Positions 40,503-58,176 of a DNA stretch of 64,000 nucleotides are shown here, piece after piece. The notes under the pieces were generated by a model. That model was given only the letters and a program-made list of their open reading frames with translations. It made no database searches and was not told the DNA's origin. The translations under genes and the position numbers were made by a program. Each line of letters begins with the position of its first letter. Positions within the stretch are counted from its first letter, which is position 1. The stretch comes from Eledone cirrhosa (Eukaryota): assembly GCA_964016885.1 (NCBI GenBank), contig OZ024741.1, forward strand, positions 138,384,001 through 138,448,000, given 5' to 3'.

Positions 40503-43500
40503 CGTTTCTGAATTTGTTTAGCAAGATTCTTTATCTGAAAACGTGTGTTGAAACGGATATTGTTATACTTTGGGAGGGTCATGTTGCCAATAAGAAACAC
40601 ACGCACCAGCTTTTTCACTTCAATTTATTATAATAAATTTATAAATTTCCGATTGGTTGGTTGGTTCCACAACCAGATGGTTGTTTATATATTGTCAAAG
40701 TTCTTTCGTCACACATTATATGACCTCTTCAGTGACTGGGGATTCTTTTCTTTGTTTTTGTGCCTCTCCTTTGTTCTGTCCTACGCCATCTTGTTTCTGT
40801 GTGTGTGCCGTGTGCTCAGTCTGCGCATGCGCCACATCCGGGTGTCTGTGTGTGTTTATATTCGTTTATTTATTTGTTTATTTACATGTTACTAGTTGGT
40901 TGTTTGTTCTATGTGCGTATGTGTTTTCATTTTGTCCTTAATTGTAAGTTGTGATGCTGCTGTTCCACTCATGTTTTCTATTTAATTTTGGTTGTAATTC
41001 TTTTATGTTTATTGCCTCTGTGATTTGTCTAAACAGCCTCTGTGATTTGTCTAAACATTGCGTCTTTTCTGTGTGTAGATTCTATTTTTATTTCTATGTT
41101 CTCTAATTTACCCTTATGTTCTATTTTAGTTGGTACAGATGATTCTTTACTATCTTGAAGGTCTCGCCAGTCTTCATTTATCCGTTCCCCTACACTACGA
41201 GCTGTCTCACCTATGTACACTATATTGTTATCTCTACATTGTCCTTCAGTACATCTTATGCTATATACTACATTTGTAGTTTTACAGTTAATATGGGGCT
41301 TAATTTACAGGTTATACATTTCTTATCTATACAGGGGTCTTTGAAAAGGGTATGTCTTTCTAATAAGTGTTATTATGGAGGTACCCGGTCTTTCTACTAT
41401 CTTAATATTGAGCTTATGTTTATCTAGTGTCCTTCTAAATGTGTAAGCTAATTCACCTCTAGGTGTTGTATCGATGAACATTACACTCTGGTATTTATTG
41501 CTATCATACCTTGAATTTATTCTATTAGTCTTATTCGTAGTTCTTTCTATTCTATTCCGAAATTTGCTCCTATATTTACCATTTTTTCCCATTTGGTTCT
41601 GGCTCCTCTATACACTCTGATTTTATCTCTCTGATTGTAACCAGAGAACTGCATACGGTGGATGAAGTGTTGTATGTGTCTCTCTAGTTCTTCGGGGTTG
41701 CACATGCGGGACACGTTTCCCATCATCCGTACCAAATCCGCAATCAGTATGTTGATTTTGGTATGGTCCGAAACAGCTGAGTTTCGGTGGATCAGATATT
41801 TGGAAGACATGGGTTTGGCATAATGGGAATGGAGGATTTGTTTTTTTTGTTTTTAATGGTATCTAGCGAGAGCTCTGTGTCTAGTACAGGTAATCGAAGG
41901 TTGGGTGTTTGCTAGGGTAGTCTATAGTAGCTCTAATACTCTGGTGGATGGAGTTAGCTATTTGCTGGATGCTTTCCATTGTGTTTTTCTCTAATTCCTG
42001 ACTGTTCTCTAGTGGGGGTGTTTTACCTACGATGTTTATATCATCAACGTAGAGGGAGTACATTATCAGGGTCAAGGGGTCATCTAATTGTTCTTTAAGT
42101 TTAAGTTTAAGTCTACTGTCCCACCATACCATGAATAAGTTAGCTATGCAATGCTAACACCAATGGCTGCTCCCTCCTCTTGGGCATATGTTTTTCCATT
42201 AAATTTGAACATATGTTCCTTAAGGGTTAATTTTATGCTGGCCCCCACCGCATGGGCAATCATTTTATTTAGTTCATCGTGGTTTTCGGGGGTCCGTATG
42301 GCTCTGGTCCACCCGTTCCATCTATCTGTGTGCGTTTTCTTGGCCATTGAGGTAATGGTAGGTGGTCTGCCTCTTGCTGGTCTTGTAGGGCACAGGTTGC
42401 TAAGGTCATATGTGTCTAGATAATTATTACTATAGGTAAGTTTAAGTAGGACTCCCAGCTCACTGGTATCAATCCCACGGAACTCAACATTGCTCTCACT
42501 GATCATTTCTACGCATTTCCCCACTGCAAAATCCACGTCAATAGATGGATACAGGGACACAACATCTATACTACCTATTATGCAGTTTGTTAGGTCCCTA
42601 GATCGGTTACTCTCGCCGATTCTGCTGAGGAGGTCCTCCGTGCTGTAACATACATCTGGGGACATTTCAATGATGGGGCGTATGATCAGAGATAGGAAGT
42701 AGGACATCTGTAGTTACTAGCAATGTTAGCTCCACAGAGTGGCCGTGTTGGTGATCCCGTGACAGGGTCACTGCCCGTTTTATGGTGTTTTCGAAGCCCA
42801 TACAACGCTGGCACGTCATTGTTCCAGGCCTGGTAGTTGTTGGCAGTCCTTTTGTTGGGCTGTATTATATTTATCCACATCACCATATGGGCATTGAGGG
42901 CTTTTTCTCTATCCTCATGCTATTGTGGTGTTACTTCTCTTGTGTTAGTGATGTGGGGTTGCATTGCCTGGATGTTGTTTGGCAGACTGTCAACCGACAT
43001 TCTGCCAGACTTGTCTGTTGGAAAGCATGCTATCTCTCCATTACGCGAGCGCTGCATGAGCTTACGCAAGCCAATTGCACATTTTTCCCAGGTTCTGGGC
43101 CTCCATTCTATTATGCTTCTTGCTATACTGTTCTATAATATTTCTAAGTTTAGATCTAGCTATACTAAATTGTGCTTATTTTTGTTCATCGACCTGCGAC
43201 GGCAATTGCGTGCGTTTGTTAAAAGCTAAAGTCGTGGCATGGGCTCGTCGCAGGTCGAACGACTTATCGGAGGGATTATAAAAAGTAGAGTTCCAGGCTG
43301 CTGCTTTATGTGTACTAGTGCTATTGTTATTGTTAGTTGTGTTGTTTCTATTTCTATTTCCACCAACAGCCTCATGGTTGTTTCTATGTCTCTCATTATT
43401 ACTCCTGTCTCTTTCCTCTGGCTCATTGTTATTATCTACTCTATTTTGTGTGTCTGTGTGTTCGTCTTGGCTATTTTCTCTGTCCATAGTCTCCCTTCTC

Positions 43501-44310
43501 CTTTCAATCCTATTACCTTCCTTTATTTCTCTGCTACTGCCATTACCTGTTTTCTGTGACTGTGTGCTTCTTAAGATTGTGGTGGTGGTGAGAGGCATTG
43601 AATGTGTGTGTATTGTTGTTGTTGTTGCTGTTGTTGTTGTTGCTGTTGTTGTTGTTGATGTGTGCTGTTGTTGATGTGTGTTGTTGTTGTTGTATCCGTG
43701 TATGTTATATTGTTCTGTGTGTTGTTATTGTTGTTTGTGTCTGCGTGTCTGTTGTTGTTGTTTCTGAGTATGTTATTATTGTTGATGTGTGTGTTGTTGT
43801 TATTGTTGTTTGTGTCTGTGTGTCTGTTGTTGTTGGGACGTGTGTTGTATATGTGTGTGCGTATGTTGTTACTTTTGTTTTTGTTTTTGTTTTTGAGGTT
43901 TCAACGTAATTTTGTAAATGATTTTTCTATTTCTGACAAATATCTAATCATATTTACCTTATTGTATGTGGCATACTTAGGCGGCAGTTGTAATACAGAT
44001 AATTCATCAGAGTCGACCGTAGTGTGGCCGTATATATTTGTGTTGTTGTTGTTGAACTCATCTGTTAATGAGATGTCGGCCATATTTATACCGTCAATTT
44101 TGTCGGGATATCTATTGATATTCTCTAAAGTATCTTTATTTAGTATTATCTGTTTAAGACAATTTAGTTTCTTGTTAAAGTGCTTATCACATTCTTGAAC
44201 AATGTACTGTTCTTCAGGACGTATAAGGTTTATAAATATTAGTTTTTCTCTTGGTGTGGTGATCTTAGTTATTTCTTGTATTAGGTTACGCTTATGTTTT
44301 TCTTGATATA
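40501..44310 (-). mobile_element. Long decayed Penelope-like element (same lineage as 23.7-25.7 kb)
   Basis: LQLPPKYATY; DKSG; LYGLRKHHK..PTRPLCGA; IGSIDVVSLYPSID; QEEGAAIGVSIA; MVWWD..YVDDI; YIGETARSVGERI; the 3' pLTR abuts (TA)n. Confidence 0.9.
40694..40736 (-). ncRNA. Minimal type I HHR in the pLTR
   Basis: GTCA CTGAAGA G GTCATAT aat GTGTGAC GAAA GAAC TT TGAC; stem I GTCA/TGAC; extra G after A9. Confidence 0.7.
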
Positions 44311-44561
44311 TATATAACTCGTTATCGGTACCAGGGAGAAACCAGAATTACAGTATATATACATTTATTTAAGGTTTAGGTGAAGCATTGTACCGTGTAT
44401 ACCTTGAAGAGATACAATCATACGTATACACCCACACATACGCACAGAAATCCACACATGTATGTGTATGTCCCAAAAATGTAAAAACATTTGTGTTACC
44501 TGTACAGGCAATATTTATTAGAATGCCTTTGAAGAAGTGTGTATACAAATTCTGGAACACA

Positions 44562-44700
<139 letters not shown>

Positions 44701-44711
44701 TATATATATAT

Positions 44712-44769
<58 letters not shown>

Positions 44770-44967
44770 ATGTTTTAACGGTCTATTCTCCGATTTTTTA
44801 CTTTCCCACGTGCTTACGCTCTGCTAACTCTCTAGCCCACTAAATATTAACACTTCGAATATCTAATACTGCCGGCACTAGTATCGAGCACCTTTGGCAT
44901 ACGCTACTTGGCAAATAACTATATGTATTACCTATCTCCCCTTTTTTTCTCTTTCTCAATACGTAAA

Positions 44968-44998
<31 letters not shown>

Positions 44999-45001
<3 letters not shown>

Positions 45002-45123
45002 TTTCTAAATTTGTTTAGCAAGATTCTTTATCTGAAAACGTGTGTTGAAACTGATATTGTTATTGTTATACTTTGGGAGGGTCATGTTGCCAATAAGAAA
45101 CACACGCACCACCGCTTTCACTT

Positions 45124-45126
<3 letters not shown>
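44999..45126 (-). mobile_element. Solo 3'-terminal pLTR fragment between (TA)n tracts
   Basis: Matches 40502-40623. Confidence 0.85.
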
Positions 45127-45172
<46 letters not shown>

Positions 45173-45315
45173 ATCTATGTCTTGATTTTCTTTAAATTGA
45201 GTCTGAATTATTTTCCCACATCTTACGTTAACTATTTTTCCATTTTGATGTTATAGTCACTTATATAGTCACTTATATATTATGAAATACGCTCACAACA
45301 ATGTCTATACTTTAA

Positions 45316-45396
<81 letters not shown>

Positions 45397-45590
45397 TCAG
45401 GTTTGAGGTTCACCACTGTATTGAGCTGGTCTATTCCGTATGGTCAATCGTAATGCAATAATATAGAGAGTACTCAACGTAAGGCAGTTCAACCGTCTTT
45501 GTTTTTGTAGTTGGTGGTGCTATTACGGAGTTAAATATTATAATGAAATGACAGGAGGCTGGATTTGTGTAAATCCTTGAAAGGTTTATT

Positions 45591-45648
45591 ATACTATGTT
45601 TATTTCAATGACCGGGTTCCGTATGAATCCGGTGATATCATCAGGTAT
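45591..45648 (-). ncRNA. Type I HHR
   Basis: ATAC CTGATGA tatc ACCGG..CCGGT catt GAAA TAAACA TA GTAT; stem I ATAC/GTAT. Confidence 0.7.
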
Positions 45649-45922
45649 TCGAAATATAATACGTGAATGTAATAGATAAAATCCATGGGGCTGAAAATCG
45701 AGGACCCGAGGGCGACCGCTATTCTGTTCCTTCAACTTCAGCCGGTCGCCCTGGAGTGACGTGGCTAAAGTTTATAGTATGCTACTACCGGTCAGATAAA
45801 CGAGAACAGAAAAGGATGGGAACATAAGTTAACGTCGATCTCATGACACAAGGTAAAATAAAAGGGTCCTCGATTTTCAGCCCCATGGATTTTATCTATT
45901 ACATTCACGTATTATATTTCGA

Positions 45923-45980
45923 ATACCTTATGATATCACCGGATTCATACGGAACCCGGTCATTGAAATGATCATAGTAT
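45923..45980 (+). ncRNA. Type I HHR copy with a G5-to-U core mutation and palindromic stem III
   Basis: ATAC CTTATGA ... GAAA TGATCA TA GTAT. Confidence 0.6.
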
Positions 45981-46049
45981 AATAAACCTTTCAAGGATTT
46001 ACACAAATCCAGCCTCCTGTCATTTCATTATAATTATATATATATATAT

Positions 46050-46455
46050 ATGTTTCTATTTATTTATTTAATTATATATATATATATGTTTCTATTTATT
46101 TATTTTTATGTGTATTTGGTGTATACGTTCGTATGTGTGCAGTACAGGCGTTGCGTGGGTTCTCTATCAGCGTGTGTGTGTTTCCTATTTTTTTTTTTTT
46201 TTTGGAGTACTTGCTCGTATTTGCATACCCATGGGGTGTGTTTTCGCGTATGCTTGTGTATGTATGTATATGGATGTGTGTATGTATATATTTAATTTCA
46301 ATTACCTCTGTATTTTATTTACTTTATTCTTTACTCTGAAGCCGAGAATCATTAGGTTTCCTAAATAGAATTTTAGTCTACGTCTTCATTTATACCATAA
46401 ACGTGGTTTTGTCTTCGCGTGTAATTATTTTCACTGTACCAAATAATGACGTATT
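46050..46455 (+). mobile_element. pLTR/3' UTR fragment (family C)
   Basis: Reverse complement of ~62440-62810. Confidence 0.8.
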
Positions 46456-46691
46456 ATTTTCGTTTTTTCCCGATCTTTGGCAGGGAACGTTTCCACGTAT
46501 GAACACTCGGTGATCTCATAGAGCTGGTCGTCAGAGAAACGATCGTAATATGTCCAATAAATTCCATTCGTTGCAACAATGATTTTCTTTTTTTCTTTGA
46601 TATATATATATATATCGGAAGTTGTTTTTCGTTAATTCCTAAGTCGAAATACGATTCTCGCTTATTTATATTTATATATATATATGTATAT

Positions 46692-46880
46692 ATAACGAAG
46701 TAGGTGTGGTAAGGAACCAGATGGACCATAACGCAACAGAGAACTCAATACGTAGGGTAATAGAGTGGGTAGTAGGAAAAAGTTTGATCCCGACGGCAGA
46801 GCTCAAACCGTTTCGACGGCTATTTCAGAAATACCTGTCGAAACGGCTTGAGCTCTGCAGTCGGAGTCAAACTTTTTCCG
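46692..46880. mobile_element. Fold-back pLTR remnant (family E)
   Basis: Homologous to 23375-23556; hairpin 46776-46879; flanked by (TA)n. Confidence 0.75.
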
Positions 46881-46915
46881 ATATATATATATAGGAAAAG
46901 GTATATATATATGTA

Positions 46916-47009
<94 letters not shown>

Positions 47010-47564
47010 AAGAGAGAGATAGAGAGAGAGAGGGGGAGAGAGAGAGAAAGAGAGAGAGAGAAGTGGAAGCGAGGCAATGTTCTGGATGGAAAGGTATAGT
47101 TATTCTTGTTATCGGTTATGTATTAATGACATAAACAAAATACACTATACTTATTTCCCTCCATTCATCTGTTCTCACCGCCGATTCTTATCAGCCTTAT
47201 TATATTTACGTTAATGTAAAATACACAATTCAGTTAATATATCAATATATATTGGAACATTGATGCTAATAACATTATGTCTCATGTCTGGTTCTGATAG
47301 TTCATTATATCTTGGGGATATTATTTAGAAAGTAAAAATAATTCGAAAGTTGTGAAAGACAACAAAATTGAGCCCCGATGGAAACATCAGCCAGAAATAC
47401 TTTATTTATTCCAGCTATTGTTACAAAATCAAATTATAATATATGACATATATATTGATGTGTACATGAGTACGAAATACACACACACTGACACACACCC
47501 ACCTATATATATACATATATATATATATATAATGACGCACACACATATGCATATATATATATAT

Positions 47565-47662
<98 letters not shown>

Positions 47663-49719
47663 CAGCCACACAAATACAGAGTTGCCTTAGGTAAGCAATG
47701 TATTATGACACATGGCAGATAGAGGTCGTCTTTGTCTAGAGCCTTTCCATTATATATTGTTCATTTTCTGTTTAGATTTTCTGTATTGGCATTTTCATAC
47801 AACACGGAAGAAAGTTGAAAATCTGACTTGATTTATGAACACCTGTCAGCAATATCAGTTGATAAAAAAAGGAATATCTGTTGTCAGAAATTATTTTCAG
47901 GCATGCTTCAAGCGATTGATTATCTCTATATAGTTATGAGAACCTTCTAGAATTTATTCCTTTTACGTAACATTGGCTACTGCAATCTATGTTTTTCCTA
48001 CCCAGAGCTGTTGTATGGTTGACTGACCTGTCGGAATCGGATATCAATATAAAATGCACTGACTGCTGAAAAACAACAAATACTAATAACAAATAAACGA
48101 AACATTCACACACAACCAGAACAAAGCGAAATCTGAATTCTTAAACTCAAAGGGAACGCTACCAGCAACTGTCAAAACTGATATATCAATGTAGCTTCAT
48201 ATTTTTCTTGTCAGTGATTTCTCAGCCATATTTTCTGGATAATAGCTATATGATCATACCAAGTTCTATGAATTACTTTTTGCTATATATAATTTTCCTG
48301 TATTTTTATGTATATTTGATATATGTTTTTTTCTTTATCATCCATCAAATGAGATAACACCATCATCACTGCAGCATTTAATTTATCTGTCTCCTAACTA
48401 TTGCATAAGGAAGATAGCCGACACAGAAATTAAAATCGAAGTTAAACCAACGATATCCACTCGAAACGATTATTGATGACATATTTCCGATGATATATCA
48501 AAGGTATATATTATACTATTATTTAGGGGCATTGACCAGTATCATTCTCTCACATCTTATTGTATAATGTTCTTGCTTCTCTTACGTTAATATATAGTTA
48601 TTGTCGAATAATACATCAATATATTTCATTTGTACGTCCTTATTGTATTCCATGTTCAACTACACATAGCAACGTAAAATGGACAGAGCAAGTTGATATA
48701 AAAGAGAGATTCAAACGTAGTTTTCACCATCTCGAATGCACACGTACTGTACCTGGTTCTTTGCTTTCCTGTCATACTAGGAATGTGATAGCATAAATTA
48801 AATCAGATTAGTTATGTCGCTATAAGCTAATGCGTAGCAGTAACTCTCAAAATGCTTTACAGAGATAATTAGAAGTTTATTATTATAATGATCAGTTTAG
48901 TGTCTTTCTAACTTAGTTTCTAGTGATATATAAAATATACATCAGCAATATTCGAACACCAAATTACTTACGCAAATATCGGTGCTGTATAAATAAATTA
49001 AAAATATTCTAATTTTGCATCAGTAGAAAGTAACGGAACTAGTTAAACGAAAAGAAAGATGTCAAACACCAATCTGGCCAAAGATATTTCTATTCGACCC
49101 TCCACTGGTGATACAATTAGTTGGTGTAAACTTCTTGCAAATGTGATTTTCAAGAAACAGATGGTGCGATTTGAACGCAAAATGCACAAAGCCAAGACAT
49201 ATACTGCAACGCACATCTCTATCTATTGTCTAACTAAACCATCGCCCATAGACTGGTACATTATAAATCATTGATTTCAGCAATATTTGAACTTAGTGCG
49301 TAGAAAGCGTGACCAAATAACAAAACATTTATTCCGACGCTCTAACACTATAATAGAGAACGATATACATACATTATTTAGACATCAACCTAGACCTTTG
49401 CCCACACATTTACACCTTTCCTCCACAAATTTAATGAAAAATAGACTTATATACACAAGAACTCATGTCACCCTCTTACGGTCTTTAAAACTTCGTCAAA
49501 AACACCAGCACTAGGATTTCTAATCTTTCTTCTAACGAGGCCATCTTTATCAGATCCAGCACTTCACAATAACACTCCGTTAGCCTTTTCTATATCATTT
49601 ATCTTCGATAAATGTTATAGAAAAGAATCTTTATAAAATTAATAGAAAAGCAATTCATTGATACTGCAGGATGATATTTTATTCTTCTATTTGTACGGTT
49701 GGGGAAAGCGTAAGGTTCA

Positions 49720-50085
49720 TTATTTAAGTGTTAACCAGTTTCCAAATCCACCATACCAATGAGGAGTGGCTGTGTGAAAGAGTAATCCTTTTCCCTAAAG
49801 TATCAGTGAATTCAAACCAACAAAATCTCTCACAAATATCCGAGGACATAACAAGACCTATACATCTATCGGCAAAGTTGTCCACGAGGAAGAAGCTGTT
49901 CATTATGCCATTATATTTCCCAACAATCTGCAGCTGTCTGGTATGCTCTACACACCCTTGATTTGATGACTGACAGAGTCCCCATGCTACTCAGAGACCG
50001 GGATCAGCCAAGATACTGCAATGGGACGGCTATAATTGTGATCGAACTACAGCATCACACTATCGAAACCCAAACCCTCACTGAA
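49720..50085 (+). pseudogene. Helitron Pif1-type helicase fragment
   Basis: NEEWLCERVILFPK and PMLLRDRDQPRYCNGTAIIVIELQHHTIETQTLT match the Helitron helicase motifs WL.ERAIL.P and MLLRN....CNGTRL. Confidence 0.8.
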
Positions 50086-50155
50086 TGTCGTGAGAGTGAC
50101 ATTGTGTGTGTATATATATATGTATTTGGATTTTAGTCTTCAAATTTATTATTAT

Positions 50156-50224
<69 letters not shown>

Positions 50225-50244
50225 TATATAATATATATATATAT

Positions 50245-50578
50245 AGTAATAATAGTAAATTTGAAGACTAAAATCCAAAGAGGGCTCGATAAGGATAAAT
50301 ATATATCAAATATATAAGAACCGTAGGGCAAATATTTATTGAAATAACAGATTAAAGTGTAAGCAAAGAATCGCTGCTTTCACCCTTAACGTGATCTTCT
50401 GAAACTAGCAAAGTCAATCTGTAAACGCAGAAGTGGATATTTAAAAAAAACGTTGCAATGTTTTTTGAAATATCCACTTTTGCGTTTACAGATTGACTTT
50501 GTTAGTTTCAGAAGATCCCGTTAAGGGCGAAAGAAGCGATTCTTTGCTTAAACTTTAATCTGTTATTTTAATAAATAT
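50245..50578. mobile_element. Family C pLTR 3' end with a ~120-bp fold-back
   Basis: 50334-50453 pairs with 50458-50576; the same sequence occurs at 62270-62388 and 38976-39100. Confidence 0.8.
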
Positions 50579-50768
50579 ATAGATAGATCAGAGCAAACAT
50601 CACGGACGCTTTATCTCAAAATCATTTTTGAAAAGCATTAGAAATGCGCAACCGGTAAAACTTAAAACCAAAACTGAATACTAACCAATACAATTACTAA
50701 TTCTCACTTATTCCAAATTAAACTATTTTTCACTGTGAACAATTTGTCAGCATTTTCTATTCCGTTTA

Positions 50769-54931
<4,163 letters not shown>

Positions 54932-55602
54932 TAAAATTTCAGGTTATCAATAATGTAGTGATAATATATCGTTACGTTAGAGATGAACAGCGTACGTGCA
55001 GGTTTGCTCAACGAGTATAAATTATATTCCGGAGAAATGTAGAAAGGATGAATAAAAAATGAAAGTGCTTTTGTTAAAAAAGGAATTTATTAGGTATTGA
55101 CATATGTTTCTGTAACAGACCGAATACCTATGTATCGCTGCTTGCGTAATCATATAATGTTAGCAAGTATTCGATAGCAAATGTATAATCAGTTGTCACT
55201 TCTTCAGAGATTTTGGATAAACTGGATAAAATCAGAAAAATTGAAGTATTTATATTAGTAAAAGAGGAAGGAACAGAGGGGATAGAATATGACAGATGGT
55301 AAAATAATTTACTGCTAAACAAGTATATAATGGGTTTTTAATGAGAATACCATGAGTAAATCTAAATAAGAATTTTGGGGGTGCCGATTTTAATCTCTAC
55401 TTGACCAACTGGACAGTGGACAGGGCTGGTCATTTGGTGCAGTAGTATTAATCATAAAGTGTCAATTGGGGAAGGGGGAGATTTCGATTGCTACCAAATA
55501 ACATCAATGCTAGTAGTCAGCTGGTATTTGCACTAGGGAATTGAATAAAAAAATCAGAAATCTCATTTTATCTATAGCAGTTTGTATTAAAAGGTAAATA
55601 AT

Positions 55603-55774
55603 TGTTTCTATTTTTGGCACAAGGCCAGCAATTAGCCAGTGCATTACTGGTACTTTATTTTATCGACCCCGTAAGGATGAAAGGCAAAGTTAACCTCGAC
55701 GGGATTTGAACTCAGACCGTAAAGGGACGTAACTATGCTGGAAAGCATGGCGTCCGACTCTCTACCGATACTGC
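55603..55774 (-). mobile_element. SINE family S inserted in the 3' UTR of copy 2
   Basis: Absent from copies 1 and 3; 7-bp TSD AAATAAT at 55596-55602 and 55775-55781. Confidence 0.95.
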
Positions 55775-55977
55775 AAATAATAGAAGAGTTGATAGAATTA
55801 AGACTAATAAAGAATGTTCAATCTATTTTGACAATCAAACGGGGATAGAGACAGGCGTTCAATCCTGGTAGTATTTATAATATGAAAATGTAGATTTTAA
55901 GCGATGGTTACAGTATAACGATCGCTCTATTCTGTTATTTAATAAAATGTTTTTGGATTTCATAATACAAAATAATT

Positions 55978-58176
55978 CTACATTACATAATTTACAAAAT
56001 TCCTGTCCATAGGATATGGGGGGGCAGCTGCTATTATATCCCGTTTTAGGTGAAATTGTTGGTTATTTTCACGCAGCTGCCAAGCCTTGTCTGCGAGTGT
56101 TGTTACATAACGCTGGTTTTCATGTTTTATCGAATAACGATGTCTATAAAGGCGTGATTTAAAGGAGGTGGCTGTAGATCCCACATAGTACCACTTCTGT
56201 CTATCCGATTCGATAGTACATTTGTATACGATGTTGCGTTCAAGACACTGATTGTTCAACGGACACATTCCTGGTTGGACACAGTTGCAATTACAATTTT
56301 GCGTTGTTGTATTGCCATGGATGGGTTGATAAGGTTGCTTATGCAGGACAGGATGTTGTTTGTTGTTTTGTGATGTTATAGCTAATGTTTTACGTGTATT
56401 GTTATGTGTTGGAAGGCGTTTATACAAGCGTTTTGCGTTAAGCATTTTTATATGTTGTTCAATATTAGGGGCGGTTGAATATGAAAGTCGGATGGTGTTA
56501 GGGTTTAAGATTTTATTATATTTATGTGATGTTGGAAAGTGTTTTCTAACTAATCGAAAGAATTTTGTGGGTAGATTGGTTTTAATAGATTTGTTATAGA
56601 CCGGGTTGTACCAGATATACTCCTTACATCGCCTTCTGTTTGGTGGTGTGCGACTATTATTGTGTCTATTGCGGTAGTGTATGCATGGTGGTGATTCTGT
56701 GCTATTTCTACTCCTATGTGATTTATTTTGGGTGTTTTGGTGATCATTGACTATATACTCTATATTATCTAGGTGACCGGCTTTCCTAAGTGCATCATCA
56801 TAATACTCGGCATGTTCTTTGAAGGTTTGTTGGTTGGACGATAGGCGGGAGATTCTAAGAGAAACATTTCTAGGGATGGATTTAATTATAGAGAGTGGAT
56901 GGTTAGAACTCGTATTTACATATTTAAGGTTCTCATTTAGTTTATGGAACGGTTTAATCGTATCTGTATTGAGATTGAAAGTAACATCAAGGAAATTGAC
57001 CTCTTTGAGGTTATATTCAAATGTAATATTTAATCCTAGTTCTTTAAAAAGTTTTCTGATATTTTTACGCATCCTTTCTAAATTCTGGTTATTCATATTC
57101 TTAACTAATAGGAGCGCATCGTCACGGTAAATTCCACCGTGGAGATCCTTGAATTTTCCTTGTAATCTGTGGGTGATATAAATTCCCACAAGATCTGTTA
57201 CTTCCGCCGAATCATTAGAACCCATAGTGATATCAAAATTAGAAGGTCTATCTTTGCGAACCCAGTAGCTATCATCGAATTTAACTATAGTTTTTCTCGC
57301 TTCCATAATAATTTTAATTTCAGCATCCGTAAGGTCGGAATTATCCTTAGCGAACGAAAGAGCTTCATGTAGAGTATCAGGTGAAATTGAGGAATAATAT
57401 TCATCAATATCAAACTGAATAAATTTTGATTTTTTCTTATCAGTAATGTTGTTAAACCATCTTATTGCTTCATGAGTGTTACCCCATAGTTTAATTTCTA
57501 CTTTAACCTTAACTTGGGGGATAATTCTGTCTAGTATATATTTGCTAATTTTACCTATATCAGATTTAGAGGGGCATATAAGTCTAATATTAGGGTTAGT
57601 ATCGAAGTTTACCTTGTGGTCCTTCAGGTTGAAGGATGGTATAGCTGGTGTTAAGGGTTGCGTTCTATCGTCAATACAAAGTTTTTTAACAATATCACAT
57701 GCCGAGTTGTTGATGTTTTTAAGTGTGGCTTCATTAGTTTTCCTGTATTTTTTATGCAATTCCTTACGGATGAAGTTATTGTAAGTGTCCACATCCATGG
57801 TATATACGTTTGATGTTTTGTCTGCTCTAACAATAACTCCATTGGCGTTTTTTAGATTATTGAGCAGTGCCGTGATGTCATTCTGTAGTTTATTGTTCTT
57901 ACGTTTTGTAAATTTGATCTCCATGATCATATCCATTAGGTCTTGTTCAAATGCATCCAAAAGTGGGTTTGAGGGTGGGTTCTTGTAAGATTTAAATCCA
58001 AATTTATCCTTGTTAAGATCCGATGTTTGGTTTATACGGCTTTTGTCAAAATGGAATGTTTTCCATCTGATTCGTCGAATAAAATCATTGGTCCTTCGTA
58101 TCATACGTAGAATATATTCCCTTTTTGCCTGAATAGGTATGTTTTTTAACGACATATCCAATTGGTGCCTTTCCAT
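55978..58176 (-). CDS. PLE reverse transcriptase / GIY-YIG endonuclease, 732 aa; a late 1-nt frameshift removes the true C-terminus (consensus ~772 aa, stop at 55859)
   Basis: SLKNIP..RRIRWK; ADKTSNVY; LKDHK..RLICPSKS; QFDIDEYYSSI; FDITMGS; GIYRDD; VNFLDV; SNHP; CNC....CPL...CL; IVYKC..YYVGST..FKSRLYRH. The YRDD and N-terminal motifs fit the Naiad clade. Confidence 0.93.
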   Translation of the reverse strand: MERHQLDMSLKNIPIQAKREYILRMIRRTNDFIRRIRWKTFHFDKSRINQTSDLNKDKFGFKSYKNPPSNPLLDAFEQDLMDMIMEIKFTKRKNNKLQNDITALLNNLKNANGVIVRADKTSNVYTMDVDTYNNFIRKELHKKYRKTNEATLKNINNSACDIVKKLCIDDRTQPLTPAIPSFNLKDHKVNFDTNPNIRLICPSKSDIGKISKYILDRIIPQVKVKVEIKLWGNTHEAIRWFNNITDKKKSKFIQFDIDEYYSSISPDTLHEALSFAKDNSDLTDAEIKIIMEARKTIVKFDDSYWVRKDRPSNFDITMGSNDSAEVTDLVGIYITHRLQGKFKDLHGGIYRDDALLLVKNMNNQNLERMRKNIRKLFKELGLNITFEYNLKEVNFLDVTFNLNTDTIKPFHKLNENLKYVNTSSNHPLSIIKSIPRNVSLRISRLSSNQQTFKEHAEYYDDALRKAGHLDNIEYIVNDHQNTQNKSHRSRNSTESPPCIHYRNRHNNSRTPPNRRRCKEYIWYNPVYNKSIKTNLPTKFFRLVRKHFPTSHKYNKILNPNTIRLSYSTAPNIEQHIKMLNAKRLYKRLPTHNNTRKTLAITSQNNKQHPVLHKQPYQPIHGNTTTQNCNCNCVQPGMCPLNNQCLERNIVYKCTIESDRQKWYYVGSTATSFKSRLYRHRYSIKHENQRYVTTLADKAWQLRENNQQFHLKRDIIAAAPPYPMDRNFVNYVM

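Larger units (their letters stand above)
45395..46035. mobile_element. pLTR remnant (family D) with a ~170-bp inverted copy, in (TA)n
   Basis: 45538-45707 is the reverse complement of 45864-46033; each arm has an HHR motif. Confidence 0.8.

Noticed and set aside
48960-49520. LINE RT-like remnant
   Set aside because: Too degraded to read any diagnostic motif
50505-50545. HHR in the family C pLTR (CAGAAGA/CGGAAGA...GAAA)
   Set aside because: The core lacks U4 in all three copies and no UH site or stem I can be drawn; at most a decayed motif
50715-50755. HHR-like CTGACAA...GAAA on the minus strand (similar at ~22915-22960)
   Set aside because: G8 is lost without compensation and stem I does not pair
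55859-58176. Selenoprotein-type Naiad (in-frame TGA plus SECIS)
   Set aside because: No in-frame TGA at Cys positions; the lesions are TAG, TAA and frameshifts
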